DNA from: Rebecca billardiae RCC1528
Taxonomy: Eukaryota > Protista > Haptophyta
NCBI GenBank assembly: GCA_965240325.2
Contig: OZ251227.1
Span: 1,674,001-1,738,000 of the forward strand
DNA length: 64,000 nucleotides
Direction of reading: 5' to 3'
The first letter of the stretch is position 1; each line of letters begins with the position of its first letter. Shown here in pieces: positions 11,778 through 24,549 of the stretch. A program made the translations under genes and the position numbers. The notes beneath the pieces are model-generated. The model was not told the DNA's origin. It did not search any database and was given only the letters and a program-made list of their open reading frames with translations.

Positions 11778-13120
11778 ATGGCCGAACCTTCAGCGGCGGC
11801 CACCACGGATACCGCTGGAGGTGCCCCCGCCGCACCTCTGACCAACGGCTCGGCCGCGGACTCAGCCGCAGCCAACGGCACAGTGGCCACCGCACCCGTC
11901 GCACCGACGACGCTGGCTGCACCCGTGCGCGCTACCGAGGACACAGCAGATGGCCAGGTGGACAAGCCGCCGGCGCCCACGCCCGACCCACCACAACGGC
12001 CATTAACTGCGGCGGCAATGCTGTCGCTCCAACCCGCTGGCGCGCAGCCGCTGCCAAACGGAGGAGCTACAAACGGAACTGCGCACGGCGGCGCGGCAAA
12101 CGGGACGGGTGTGCCGCCAGCCAACGGCCAGGCACCGAGCCACGCGGGCAACGCGGCTGGCAAACGGCCGAGACTGTCTGAAGGCGGTGATCAGAAGGCT
12201 GCCTCCGACGCCGACGCCGATGGACCCGCAGCCGACGAGGCCGGCGACGACAAGTACGAGGCGCGCGTCGCCATCTGGAACCGCGTGACGCGCCGCAAGA
12301 CGAGCGGCAAGGCGGCGCCGATGCGCAAAAACCTGGAGGCGTACTTGACCGAGCACCCCGACTGCGAGGTGTACGTCGGGCAGGACCGCGAGCACGGCGG
12401 CCGCCCGCCGCCGGGCTCGGCCCTCGGCTCTCAGGCCCTGATGGGTGGAGGCGTGTTCATGAAGGGCCTCCGGTACAACGGCGACGTGGCGATGCGGCAC
12501 CACGGCATGTCGCTCCTCGCAAACCCGAACGCGCACAGCAGGCCTCCGATCCACCCGGGACGGCCGATGCCCAGGCGCGACATGGATAGCCCTGAGACGG
12601 GGTGCGTGCCGCGCCGCCGCCAGCCCGTGTGCCGCCCGCCATCTCACGCCCAGCCCGCGCCCCCTCGCATGCACTCGTTGCGCGCACGCACACTGGCACA
12701 GGCCGTTCGGCATCCGGTTCTACTCCCCTGTGATCAAGCCCAGCCCGGCGATGAACTGGGAGCAGCAGAACGGCGCTCAGGAGCCCATAGAGACTGAGCA
12801 CGGCACGCCGGTGGCGTCGGCGGTGCGCGCTCGCCACGCGGGCGTCTGCCGCGTCGCCGCGATGCGACACCTGACCCCGTCACGGTGCGCGCGCACTCAT
12901 GCTCCTCGCTTCTGCGCAGATGGCTGTGACCACATTCAGCCCGCCGCCACCCGTCGGCTGCACGCCTGGTGACCAAGAGGCATTCACAGACTTCAACTTG
13001 GACGCGGAGCATGGCCCCCCTGTGCACGGAGCCGGAGCGGCCGGGACCTCAGCGCATCCGCCGCGAGACGAACGAGCGATTGCGGCGAACGGCTCGAGCT
13101 CGGCTGACGCCGCGCACTGA
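11778..13120 (+). CDS. Low-complexity protein with a single BRK domain
   Basis: [37 protein letters not shown] fits the BRK consensus. Exons 11778-12601, 12702-12822 and 12920-13120 are in frame. Confidence 0.7.
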
Positions 13121-13851
13121 GCCTGGGGCGTAGTCAATCGACTACGGTTGGCATCTCGATGTGGCGCAGGGGGTGCTATCCATCGAGCTGCCTGGGGGCA
13201 GAATGGCGGACGTGCCAGTATCGCGGGCGACACGATCTTGTGGCTCGGCCCACGAGGTCGAGGAGCCGCTCTCCGTGACCGTGTCACAGTCTCAGCCGCA
13301 GGCAGGCCTGGCGCCAGGCTGCGACGACACTTAGTTAGCTTAACGACTATTAACAAGCGACATATGACAGGGACATTGACGCAGGGCCGACTGCCAGGGT
13401 CGGCGCCGATTGGCGATCGCCGCCCGACGCGAGGCCCGGACTCCGATCCTGAATCTATAATTATATAATTCGTCTGTATCATTCACATATTGATAATCCC
13501 GACTGATGAGTGATGACACGTATACGTGATGATCGGATTGATTATTTGAATTTGATCTGACCGAAGAGTCCCGGTGCCCGGGGCCGGTGACCTGTCGGAG
13601 TGGCCGGAGTCCGAACGACCGAACGAACTCGAAGTCGAATAAGACGGTCGACGGAGCTCGCCACTGCTCGGCCTCGGGACCAGAGTTGCCTGAGAGTCTG
13701 AGAGAGGACTCAGAGCGGTCCGTGACCGTGTCCGTGACCGCTGGCGCTGAGTCCTGACTGAGACTCTGCTGAGAGTAGTTAGTTACTTAGTTACCGTGCT
13801 AGTCGTTAATGAATACTTAATGTCAATGTGAATGATTATAATCAATAGTAG

Positions 13852-13886
13852 TTATATATATATATATAGTTATATATATATATATA
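13852..13886. repeat. (TA)n microsatellite
   Basis: Interrupted TA dinucleotide run. Confidence 0.85.
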
Positions 13887-13896
13887 CTGCGCTATT

Positions 13897-15939
13897 CACA
13901 GTAAAGAAATCGATTTTCGGCGTTACCGTAACCCGTCCGCACTTCCGCCCAGTGGGGATGCGCTGGATTTTTTTTCATGCCCCGTTCGCGGCACTTCGCG
14001 CCGCCACAGTGGAGAAAGATCGGGCCGGAAGCCGTTTGAGCATGGTCGGTCGTGCGCACGCCCATTCGAATCGATGGCGCGCTCCGAGCGGCGGGCATGC
14101 GCGCATGTGTGCCGCGAGGGGGGCTGCGAGGCGTCGGCCGGCTTGCCAAGGCGGTTCCCCGGGGCGGCGTCACCCTCGCCCGCCCCTCCTCGCCCACCCT
14201 CGCCCCACGGGCGGCCACACGTGAGCTGTTAAGATGAGTTCACGGGGGCCGCGCGGCACGCGCGCGGAGAGGCGAGGAAGTGGTGTTTCGCGGAAAAACG
14301 CTCTGTAGCATTGTGCTCAACCCATGTGGGCACCCGCTCCACAAGTTTGCGGTGCGCCAAACCGCACACAGCGGCCTGAGCAGCTCCCAGACTGAGTTTC
14401 GCTCTTGAAGCCTGTTTTGGGGCCAGATCTTGGTGTGGATGTAGCGCGGCGAGGAGGCGCCGGGCGCGCGCCCGAGCTGCGTGCTGCCACTCGCCATGAC
14501 CCATAGGCATCGTCCGTCGCGAACGACCCGGCTCGCCTCGACCTCTCCGACCCGCCGGGCAGCCACGACCGAGCACGGCACGACAATGGCCAAACCGGGA
14601 GGCTTCTCAGACCGCGTGGGATGGGCATAGGCGCGAGAGAGGGCGCCCAGCGCGCTCTTGAGATGCACAGGAGCACGCACTGATGCGTATGGAACCATCC
14701 CATCACGATCGCCCCGACCTGGCGCGCCCTATCTGGCCCGTCAGGCTGCCCGCGCCGCCGCCGCCGCGCCACGCCGCCGCCCAGGGCGCCGCCGCACCGC
14801 GGGCACATGGGTAAGTCCGTATTCAACAAATACAGAATTTCCGTTGCGGCCCTCTTTTGGGCGGCAAGGTCGGCCTGGTCGACACCTGCCGAGCGGCATG
14901 GGCCACGGCGCGGCGAGGTGGCGGCTGGCGCACCGCGGCGTGGGCGGGATGGCTCGAGGACACCACCGCCCCGCCTCCCACGCCGCGCCGTGCGCGTGCG
15001 CCGTGCTCTCGTCGCGTACCGAATTTCCTGCGGTGAGCGACGTCACACAGCGCGACCATGCCATCGCGCGACGAGGTGCGTTCAGCTCGGCGATTTGTCG
15101 TATTTGTTGAATACATGCGGGTACGAATCAGCCGCAAGATCGCCGTCGATGGCGAGACTCGCATCGCCCGAGAGGGCGCGCGCGGCGTGGACTGGCACGC
15201 GACGCGGAGATGGCGGGCGCGGTGCCGCGGGCGCGCGACTGGTCTAGAACATCCCAATGAAGCGCGGGACGGCGCTGCGCGCCTGTGCTCGCCGCCGTCT
15301 CCTCGCAGTCGAAAATATCTGTGCACCCTTCTGTCTGGCTAGTCGACCGGCCGGCACGCGGCACGCGAGCAGTGTGTGTGGGGAGGAGTGTGACATGGCA
15401 GGCTGTGGCGAGGTGGATGGCCGTGCAGGTCTACGCTAGGAAGGGCCGCTCCCGCGCTCGCGCGGTGCCTCGCGCACGCCTCGTCGAGGACGAGCGTGTT
15501 TGAATGGCTCCGGAGAAGGCTTACGATCGCTCGTTGATGGGCAGCGCGCGACACGTGCACACGACGAAGGTGACGACCAGGCACTCCGGCGAGGGCGGCT
15601 GTGCTGGTAGCAGACTGCATTCGGAGTAAGATGCGCCATCTTACGCGCCGCTTCGCCTCGCTGCATCGCCGCACTGAGCAGCAGGGCTCCACGCTCACGA
15701 ATGGCTCACCACGAGCTACGTGACCGGCCAGCCGCGTGCAACCCGGCGAGGCAGAGAGGGGCGGAGGGATGGGGAGGCTGGGTGGGATGTTGCAGTCCCA
15801 TGCCCGGGGCACTCGCCAGGCGCATGCGCGACCACCGTAGCGTCGTCTGTGCGCTCGTGCGGCCCGCGCGAGAAATTCCCCGAAAATCGGCTCGTGTCGG
15901 ACGGGTTACGGTGAACGATAATCCCGTTTTTGTTCACTG
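13897..15939. mobile_element. Putative non-autonomous DNA transposon, ~2 kb, imperfect TIRs
   Basis: ACCGTAACCCGTCCG (13925-13939) is inverted at 15898-15912, with CAGT(A/G)AA ends. Interior non-coding. No TSD found. Confidence 0.45.
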
Positions 15940-16416
15940 AGTCAAATCACTGTGTTAATCGGTAATTTATTTCTATAACTAATATATAAATATATTATAT
16001 TTGTTATTAACTTATTGTTAACCAGGCCGTTATTGATAATTTGATACTGATTTAACACTGAGGCTTCCTCGGATTCATGCCACATTCGCCGGTCGCGGGC
16101 TGCCTGCCGGCAACTTGAACTCCGTCTTGAAGCAAGCAGTACTGTAGACCGTCGGCCACCGAGACCGAGTCGCCGACCGAGCTGCAGAGTGCAGTCCGCG
16201 AGCACATGCACTGACACGGTCCGCCCACTGGCCACTGCCGCCGCCGGGACCCGAGCTTCGCAGTTCGCTGCGCTCAACGTTCGCGAGCGAGCTTTCGTCT
16301 CGTCGTCCGCCCGCGATGCGCAATCGCCCTTGGACGATCTGACAAAGACGGCTGTCTCTCTCGTCCCCGGCCGGCCGCGGGCAACTCGTGACCTTGTGAG
16401 CGAGCCGCGTACACCT

Positions 16417-17573
16417 TCAGACAGCGGCCACGCTCTGGATGAGCTTGCGCGGGTTGTTCACATGCTCGTACCCACCGAAGGCGTTCGCATGCGCGACTGC
16501 CGCCGTCTGTACGTGCACCCGCTTCGCCGCAGTCAGCGCCGACTGTGCCCAGCGCACGCGCTCGTCGATCTCGTCGAGGCGGAAGCCCGCGCGCTCGCAC
16601 AGCCGGCTGAGCTCGGGCGCAAGATCCACCAGAGGCGCGGGGCCATCTGCCTGCGCAGGCGGCGCGTCGGCGCCTGGTGTCCAGTCCGAGGCGATGGTCG
16701 CGTTCTGGGACTCATGGACGAGCGCGTCCCACTGCGCACTCTCCCGCTTGAGCGTGTCCACCAATGCCTGCGCAGGTGCAGGGCATGGCGGGGCGATCAG
16801 CACGCGCTGGGCTGGGCGCGTCGCCGCGCGAAGTGAGCCGCACCGTTTTGTTGAGCGTGTCGGCTGTCACGGCGTTGAGAGAGGGCACGTCGGCGAGCGT
16901 AGCGGCCTGCAGCATGCGCGAGGCGAACTCCTGGCACACCTGCGCAAGCAGCTCGCGCTGCTGCGCCGACGGGCCTGCTTCGCTGTGAGGTGCCTGGTCG
17001 CAGCATGGAGAGCGGACGCGCGTGCGCAGTGCAGGCGCTCATCAGTTTAATGCTGCGTCTGAGAAGCGCGCGTGCGCGCGTGCGCACGTGCGCAGCGCAC
17101 ACCTGCATCTCGGACTCGAGCGCGATCTCGACGCATCGCACGGCGCTCTCCACGTGGCGGGAGGGTGCCGCAGCCGCCTCGGCCGCACTCGCTGCCTCTG
17201 CCCCGTCCGGCTGCTCCGAGGCTTCCTGAGCTGATGTGCGTGCGGCCACCATCTCCGCCATGGCCTGATGATCCACTTGACTCACGCGCCTGGACTTGCG
17301 GCGTGACTTGGGCAGCGACGCCAGTGCCGCCGGCTCCGCTGCGACAGCATGCCCTGTGACGGCGGGCGCGGGCTTGGGCGCTGGTGGCTGCGCTCGCGAT
17401 GGGGCACGCGGGGCGCAGCTGGTGAGAGCTCAAGGCCTGACGACCTGAGAAGATGACACGACACGGCATGGACCGCCTCACGCGCCCACTCCGCTTACCT
17501 CCGCTCGCTTGTCGACGCCGACAATCTTGCGCTTGCGCGTCGCCTTCTTGAACGTGGGCCCGGTCGAGTCCAT
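16417..17573 (-). CDS. Putative Dsn1/Mis13-like kinetochore protein (~286 aa)
   Basis: Exons 17573-17499, 17387-17103, 16993-16844 and 16767-16417 are all phase 0. Basic KSRRKSRRVS motif, coiled segments and C-terminal FGGYEHVNNPRKLIQS. Confidence 0.5.
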
Positions 17574-17692
17574 CGTGCAGCCGCGGAGGCGGTGCGTTTA
17601 AAAATGCCTCGCCCGCGCTGCTTGGCGGTGCCGGAGTGCTTCCTGGGCTGAAAGTCCGGTGCTGCCGAGCCGAGCTGGGAGAGCTCCGGCCC

Positions 17693-20016
17693 ATGGCGTG
17701 CGCCGCCGCCATCTTGCTGTGCATCCTGGCGCGGGCGAAAAAGCCGCAGCCGGAGGTGGAGCAATGGGCGCCATGGTGGCATAGCGTGGACGAGCTCGCG
17801 CGTAGCTACAACGCGTCGCTCACCGCCGCGGCCGGCCGTCGTGGGAGCGCAGGCGTGCGCCCGCACTCGCGCTGCCACCCGTCATGTACGCGCCGGGGCA
17901 ACTGCAACGAGTGGACAGGCGAGTGCGAGTGTCCGCTGACGGCGTATGGGCCTGGCTGCACGTATGCGTCGCTCCCTGCCTGCGCGTTCCAGCGCGGCAC
18001 GGCGGACATCCGCAGCTGGCTGGGGAGCAAGCTATTCCGCGGCGGCAGCAGCAGCCCAGAGGTGGGGCCTGTGAGCTGCGACTGCATCGAGCAGGCCTTC
18101 AATCTGAGGCATTACATGTGGGTCTCGCCCGTCGCGTCGAAGCACTGGTCTTCGCCTGTGCGGATCACTTGCGCCGAGTGGCGCGAGCCGAGAAGGCGCG
18201 TGCTCACGATCAACGACGTGATCAGCGCGGGCGCGGGCAACGTGACATGGAGCGAGGTGCAGGTTCGGGGCCGCTTCCTGGCGACGGTGTTGCAGGTGGC
18301 GCGCGGCATGGGCACGCACTTCTTCACCGTCGAGCGCAAGGGCGTCGGATTCCACGCGGACATGACCAGCGTGCCGATCAGTCGGTGCCCCCAGAAATGC
18401 CGCGGCGTGGGCGTGTGCGTCACGTCGCCCAGCCTGAAGCGGGCGCACTGCCTCTGCGGCGGCGCGACAGGCAAGTGCGAGCAGGACGGGCGGCGGCCCA
18501 CGGGAAAAGTGACGGAGCCGTGCCCGGGGAGCTCGAAGTGCTCGGGCCAGGGCACATGCGACGGGAACGGCTTCTGCCACTGCAAGCCGGGCTACTGGGG
18601 GCTCGACTGCGCCGAGACACTCGGCTCGGATGGCAGGCTCGCGCTCAGCCTGCCCGCGCCGAGGCCCAACCAGGTGCACGCGCCAGAGTCGGCCCGCCCG
18701 CGCGTCTACGTGCACAGCATCCCGGTGCTCCTGCGTACGGGCGCAGGGTTCTACCACGACTTCTACGAGCGCCTCACCGACCGCGTCCTCGCGAGTGAGT
18801 ACCGCACCGCCGATCCGGAGCACGCCGACTACTACTGGCTGCCGGGCCCCGTGCGGCGCGGCCAGTTCCTCGACAAGCTCAAGTACGTCAAGCGGCGCTG
18901 GCCGTACTGGAACCAGACGGTGGCGGCCGGCGAGGCGCGGCACGTGGTGTACACGGGGTGGGAGCTCGATCCGGGCAAGATCTTCGCGCAGGATCCCTTC
19001 GAGCCGTCCAAGTTCTACGGCCCGGACATGAACGTGGCGAGCCCGTCGCGCGCTTGGCTCGCCCTCTCCCACAACGGCATGGCGGACATTGCCGAGTTCA
19101 ACGCGCCGGGCTCGGCGCGGCGCTCGAAGATCCGCCACTGCTCGGTGTGCTACCAGCCGGGCAAGGACGTGGTTCTACCGTTCAAGCCCGGCGTGATCGA
19201 CGTGCCCGACTGCGGCAAGCTCAAGGCGCGCTCGATCTTCGCGCCGGGGCAGCTGAAGCGCGGCGCTGAGCAGCGGCCGACCAAGTTCTTCTTCGCAGGC
19301 TCCGTGCCCGTGCCCAAGAGTCAGCCGCGCAAAGCGGATCCGTACGAGCTCAAGCAGTACAACCCCCCGCACGTCCGGGCCGACATCCACCGCCTCCACT
19401 CGAGCACGCCGGGCTTCAAGGTCGTCGACTCCCGCGGCTCGGGCATCAAGGTGGACCCGGTCACGTGGATGCTCAAGTCGCAGTTCTGCTGGGTGCCGCC
19501 CGGGCAGCGGTGCGCGCGCAGCGCGCCTCGCCCGCGCCCCGCCGCGCGCCGGCATGACGCGTCCCGGCCGCTCCTCCCGCGCGTGACGTTCGGCCGCCGG
19601 CCCGCAGGTACGGTGATCCACGGCGGCACATCCTGTCGTCTGCATACGGTTGCATCCCTGTGTTTACGATCCCCAACGGCCACTTCACCTATGACGAGCT
19701 CATCCCATGGAATTCGATGGCGGTGGTGGTGAGCAGGGCGGAGCTGCCGCAGCTCGCAACCATCCTGGACAACTACACCGCCACGGATCGCGAGCGGATG
19801 CGCAAGCAGCTGCGCTGTGCTTGGCCTCGGCTGTGGTGGACATCCATCTACGGCTCGTGCTTTGGCGACGACGCGCGCTACGACGCCTTTGATGCGCTGA
19901 TGGCGACGCTGCGGTACCGCCTGCCAGGGCTGGCGGACAGCAAGCCAGCCTACGCGAGCTCCAACGACGCGTGCGACCACTTCGATAAGCCGCTCCGTCG
20001 ACGCATGCGTAGGTAG
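17693..20016 (+). CDS. Exostosin-family (GT47) glycosyltransferase with EGF-like domains
   Basis: Signal anchor; EGF-like C.RRGNCNEWTGECECP and CSGQGTC..GFCHCKPGYWGLDC; YRTADPEHADYY, PGKDVVLP, FFFAGS, SQFCWVPPG|..GCIPV. Intron 19510-19607. Confidence 0.88.
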
Positions 20017-20522
20017 CTAGCGCTGACAATGTCTATTAGTATAGTTGTTAAAATAGCTATAGTTGTCCGAATTTAAAAATAATAATATCGATCTGATATA
20101 TCACTACGTTCAGATGTATTCACTTCATCATGACGTCAAAGAAAATATATATTAATAATAAATAATATATATAAGTAATAATATATTAGTTACGGGGGTC
20201 GCCCGATACCGATGTTTATCAGGCTCAGGCCTCAGGGGCCCCGTGGTCGGTGGAGTGCGCCGGATCGATCGACCAAGTTTATTATTATTATTATAATGTT
20301 ACTTAATTAAACTTAATTTCGTGATTCGTCGACGTACTCCCGCCCGCCAACATTGGGTGGCCGAATAGTATTATATATGTATTGCATCAATTCGGACCAT
20401 TGACTCAGGTGCCTCGGCTGCGCGGTTATTATGACACGGCGCCCGGCGGTGGGCACTGAGTGATCACGCCATCACGGTGACCGTCGGTTACGGTAGCCTT
20501 CGTGTCGCGCTTATTAGACTGC

Positions 20523-21626
20523 TCAGATGAGCATCGCCTGCGCGCGGGTCCCGCGCAAACGCACTGCTGCGAAGCCGATGGCCAAGCCGACGATCAGAAG
20601 AAGAACGATTGCAGCGGCAGCTTGAACGCCCACAGACGGCAGGAGGAGCATGCGACCACGCGACTTGGAATGCTCGCCCTCAGACCGCAGAACAGGGGCG
20701 GCTGTAAGTGAGGACGGTTTGGTGGCTCCGCTGGTCGGCCGACTCGTGTAGATGAGGACGGCCCGCGTGCCCATTTCGGTCGGCACTGTACCAGTGAGGG
20801 AGTTCTCGTGCAAATCCATGAAAATAATGCTGGTCAGCATGCCCACCTCGGTGGGCACCGTGCCAGTGAGCGAATTGTGATCCAGATTCAGGTACGTAAT
20901 GCCGGTCAGCGCGCCCACCTCGGTCGGGACGGTGCCAGTGAGCAAGTTGTGGCTCACGGCCATGTAACGACCGATTCTGTTCAGCGCGCCCACCTCGGTC
21001 GGCACTGTGCCAGTGAGCGAGTTGTCCATCAGACTCATGTACGTCAGGCCAGTTAGCGTGCCCAACTCGGTCGGTACTGTGCCGCTGAGCGAGTTCACGC
21101 TACGATCCATGTCAGTGAGGCAGGTGAGCGTGCCCAGCTCGGTCGGGACGGTGCCAGTCAGCGAATTCACTTTGAAGCGGATGAGCTCCAGGCTGGTCAG
21201 TGCGCCCACCTCCGACGGCACTGTGCCGGAGAGCGAGTTCTCCCTCAGGTTCAGGTATGTCAGGCGCGTCAATGCGCCCACCTCAGTCGGCACGGTGCCA
21301 TTGATCAGGGTCACTGTCGCGGCCATGTAGTTGAGGTTGGTCAGCGCGCCCACTTCCGTCGGCACGGTGCCAGCGATGTTCAGCTTCAACTCGAGCCGAA
21401 TGGCAGTGAGGCTGGTGAGCATGCCCACCTCAGTCGGCACGGTGCCAGAGTAAAGACCTGAATCGGTCCATTCCACGCATGGCGTCGGACTCTCGAGGCA
21501 CCGCTGGACCCGCAAGAGGGAATCATCGTGCTCAATCCCGTCGTCTCCGAGAGGCGCACTCGTAGCAGGCTGGGCAACGAGGGCGAATACGGCCGCCGCG
21601 AAAAGCATGGCAACCGAGTTCATCAT
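20523..21626 (-). CDS. Leucine-rich-repeat receptor-like membrane protein
   Basis: Signal peptide, about 10 plant-type 24-aa LRRs (NSLTGTVPTEVGALT.L), C-terminal TM helix and very short tail. Intronless. Confidence 0.88.
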   Translation of the reverse strand: MMNSVAMLFAAAVFALVAQPATSAPLGDDGIEHDDSLLRVQRCLESPTPCVEWTDSGLYSGTVPTEVGMLTSLTAIRLELKLNIAGTVPTEVGALTNLNYMAATVTLINGTVPTEVGALTRLTYLNLRENSLSGTVPSEVGALTSLELIRFKVNSLTGTVPTELGTLTCLTDMDRSVNSLSGTVPTELGTLTGLTYMSLMDNSLTGTVPTEVGALNRIGRYMAVSHNLLTGTVPTEVGALTGITYLNLDHNSLTGTVPTEVGMLTSIIFMDLHENSLTGTVPTEMGTRAVLIYTSRPTSGATKPSSLTAAPVLRSEGEHSKSRGRMLLLPSVGVQAAAAIVLLLIVGLAIGFAAVRLRGTRAQAMLI

Positions 21627-21816
21627 CACGACGTCTCGAAACGTGAGCGCCCGTTCGCGGCGCGGCTCCGCCGTGGCGCCGTCCGGTCGTGGCCTCGTGG
21701 GATTCCCCGGATTATTTTATCATTAATTATTTTTTGGTGGGACGAAGACGACCAGCTGGCTAGAGGCTCATGAGTTCAGAGTCGTGCGCGACCAGGACTG
21801 ACACAATGATCCTTCA

Positions 21817-22215
21817 CCAAGCTGCCGCCGCCGGCGCGCCGCCGTCCACCCGGACTGCCGCCACCCGGACTACAGGCCACCTGTATCACTGTATCTGTGT
21901 TTCACTGTCTGTATCTGCCTGATGTATCACTAATAACGGGGGGCCCTCCCGTTGCCAAGCTGCCGGCGCCGCCGCGCGCGCCGCCGTCCACCCGAACTGC
22001 CGCCAGCCCGGACTACAGGCCACCTGTATCACTGTATCACTGTACTGTATCTGCCTGTATCACTGATGATACGGCAGGGGGCCTCCTTGCCAAGCTACCG
22101 CACCGCGCGCATCGCCGTCCGCCCGGACGGTCACCGGACCCGGACTGGCAGCAGGCCACCTGTATCAGTATCACTGTATCACTAGCTGTATCTGCCTGTA
22201 TCACTGATACGGGGG
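21817..22215. repeat. Degenerate ~137-bp tandem repeat (3 units) with TGTATCAC sub-repeats
   Basis: Units begin CCAAGCT at 21817, 21955 and 22090; each contains CAGGCCACCTGTATCA. Confidence 0.75.
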
Positions 22216-24549
22216 GGGCTCCTCCCGGCCGCGCCGCTGGCCGCCGACACGGCCGCGCACGGCTTCGCCAACACGCGGCGCCGGTCTATACTGCTCCTGT
22301 CTCCTGCTGGCGGTATCAGATCCACTCTCGTCGTGCTGGACAGATCGCTGACGCTGTCGTTGCGTACTTGCCACTGGGGACACGGCACCCAGGGTCGGAG
22401 AAAATCGGCGCGCTTTTTATTTCCGCCTTGCATTAATTCCGCCGCGCGCATCGCGGCGGCCGCGCGCGTCTCGGGCGAGCGGGCGACGGCGCCGCGCTCC
22501 CGTGCGTGTGGACGATCCCGCGAGCGCAGAGCCGGCGAGCTAGGCTGGGCAGTCGTGCTGAAGTGCCATGCGCCGCTTCGCGTCGCGCATCGCATTCGGC
22601 TGTACTTGCCTCGGGCCAGCATGTCTGTGCACACCGCCACACGGCCAGCCTCGCCCGCGTGCGCCATGCGAGGCGAGACAAACACGGAGCATGCGCTTCC
22701 GCGTGGCGAGGCCTACACTGTACACACTGCGCTGCCTTGCGCCGCCGCGCATGAGCGCGGGTCCGAACAGCTGCGCTCAGGTGTGCTGATTGCATCATAC
22801 GATTCGATTGGTCGAACAAGCGCTCTGGCCCGACGACGACGTTGCACTTGCAGCGCACGCCATGCTGATATGCGGTGACGCGCAGCATGTGCGCTCGCGC
22901 GGAGTCGCCGCACACGTGACTTTTGTCCAGCTCCGCCTCGGCACTGACATCCCTGACTCGTGCTCCGACGTCAATCTTGGCCCGAGGTAGTACGAACATA
23001 CATGCGTGCAATGCAAAACATACCTGAACGAGGCCCATGGCCTGCGTGTATGTGCCTCTTCGGATGACACGGCGCGTGTATGAATGTGTGTACTACATTG
23101 TCAAGCAGTAGCTCACGCCTGGACGTTCCTGTCGAACTTCACGGTGCGCATCGCGCACACACGGTCAGCCTTGATGGACGCCGACGCACCCGTGCAGCCG
23201 GAAGGCAGCATCAGCCTGCTCAAGACGTGAGCATCCAGCCCCGACGCCGCGTCCGGTGCCTAAATGGCGCGCGCTTCATTCACGCGGGAATGTGCTCACT
23301 ACATCACTATCCAGAAGGGCGCATGTCAGTGCTTTTCATGCTCACACGACCCTCGCCGTAGGTCGATGCCAACCGCTGCGTGATGCTCGATCATGCCTTT
23401 TGACGGCTGTGTGACCCGTGCAGATGCGCATGCCAGGCAGCGTACTGTGACGAGCGATGACGCGTGCATAAAGTACCTGGACATTGCCCAGTGCAACCAA
23501 GTGCCGGACGCCGACGCCGCTGCTCGCAGCACACGTGCAGTCAGCCGAGGAATGCACACGAATTCCTTTTTGTTGCGGCGCACGCGGTGGCCTGAGGCGC
23601 GGCGGATGCAGTGACTCCGAATGGCGAGCGGCAGAACGACACAAATGGCTGCTCTTCAGCCGCGCTCAACCACGCGCACCGCCTTCGCGGGCACGCAACT
23701 ACCGCAGGAGTGCGCGCAGTCGGCGCCCATCTCGCCCTCCGGCGCCGCCCAGTGCGCTGTCAGTGCAGCCGCCAGCGGCAGAGGTTGGTGCCGGCCTCAG
23801 GCCGGCACCAACTTATTCGGAAAAGAAAATCCCCACCCGAAATTCCTGCGCCCAGTGGATATCTATACTCGTGAGTCGGCACGCATTATCATTAGCCTTA
23901 GGTGCCCCTAGAGCGTGGGGGGGGGGAGGGGGGGGGCTTCCTGGACACCCCTGATTCTGGCCAAACTTGGGGGGCGCACCCGTGCAGCCGCTGCGCGCTC
24001 CGCCCTGCACCGCGGGCCATATAACGTTCTGCTATAAGGTAAGAATACAGTTTATGCGCGGGCCGGGCTAGTGGCTATGACCAATGAGTCTGAGAGCTCG
24101 TCGAGTTACGAGTGAGACTCATTCTATGATGATGATTTAACGACACAGGTAGGACGATGCGGGTCTCCTGATCCGTCGGCGGCAGTGCCCGATAGTCGAC
24201 ACGAAGTCATCGGCGCTGGTGGCAGAGCATAGCCTGCACCGCGATCGTAAAGCTCGAGCGCGGCCTTGAGCTGCTGAAGCGCGATCCACCTGCGCTGCGC
24301 GGCTCGCATGGACCTGCTGTGCCCCGAGCAACCTTGCATGGGCGAAAGACAAAGTGCAGGTCCGGATGTCAGCTGGCAGTCTCAGCCGCGGGTAGCAGCT
24401 GGTCGTACCTGCCCCGTGCTCCCCGGGCGGTCGCGTACGCGCTTGCTGCTCGAGCCAGCTGGCTGGCTGGCGGCGGCTGGCGCTGCGGCGTCGTCCAGGG
24501 TGCGCTTTGAGACTGGTTCGTCAGGTGGGCATCATTCTGACGCGCCGAC

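Noticed and set aside
8706-11841. Long plus-strand ORFs of 852 and 336 aa
   Set aside because: Antisense shadows of the CEP89-like gene, caused by the scarcity of stop codons in GC-rich DNA.
22372-23858. DNA transposon with CACTGGG...CCCAGTG ends
   Set aside because: Only a ~8-bp inverted match plus a loose TTTTCCG motif and no TSD; insufficient support.
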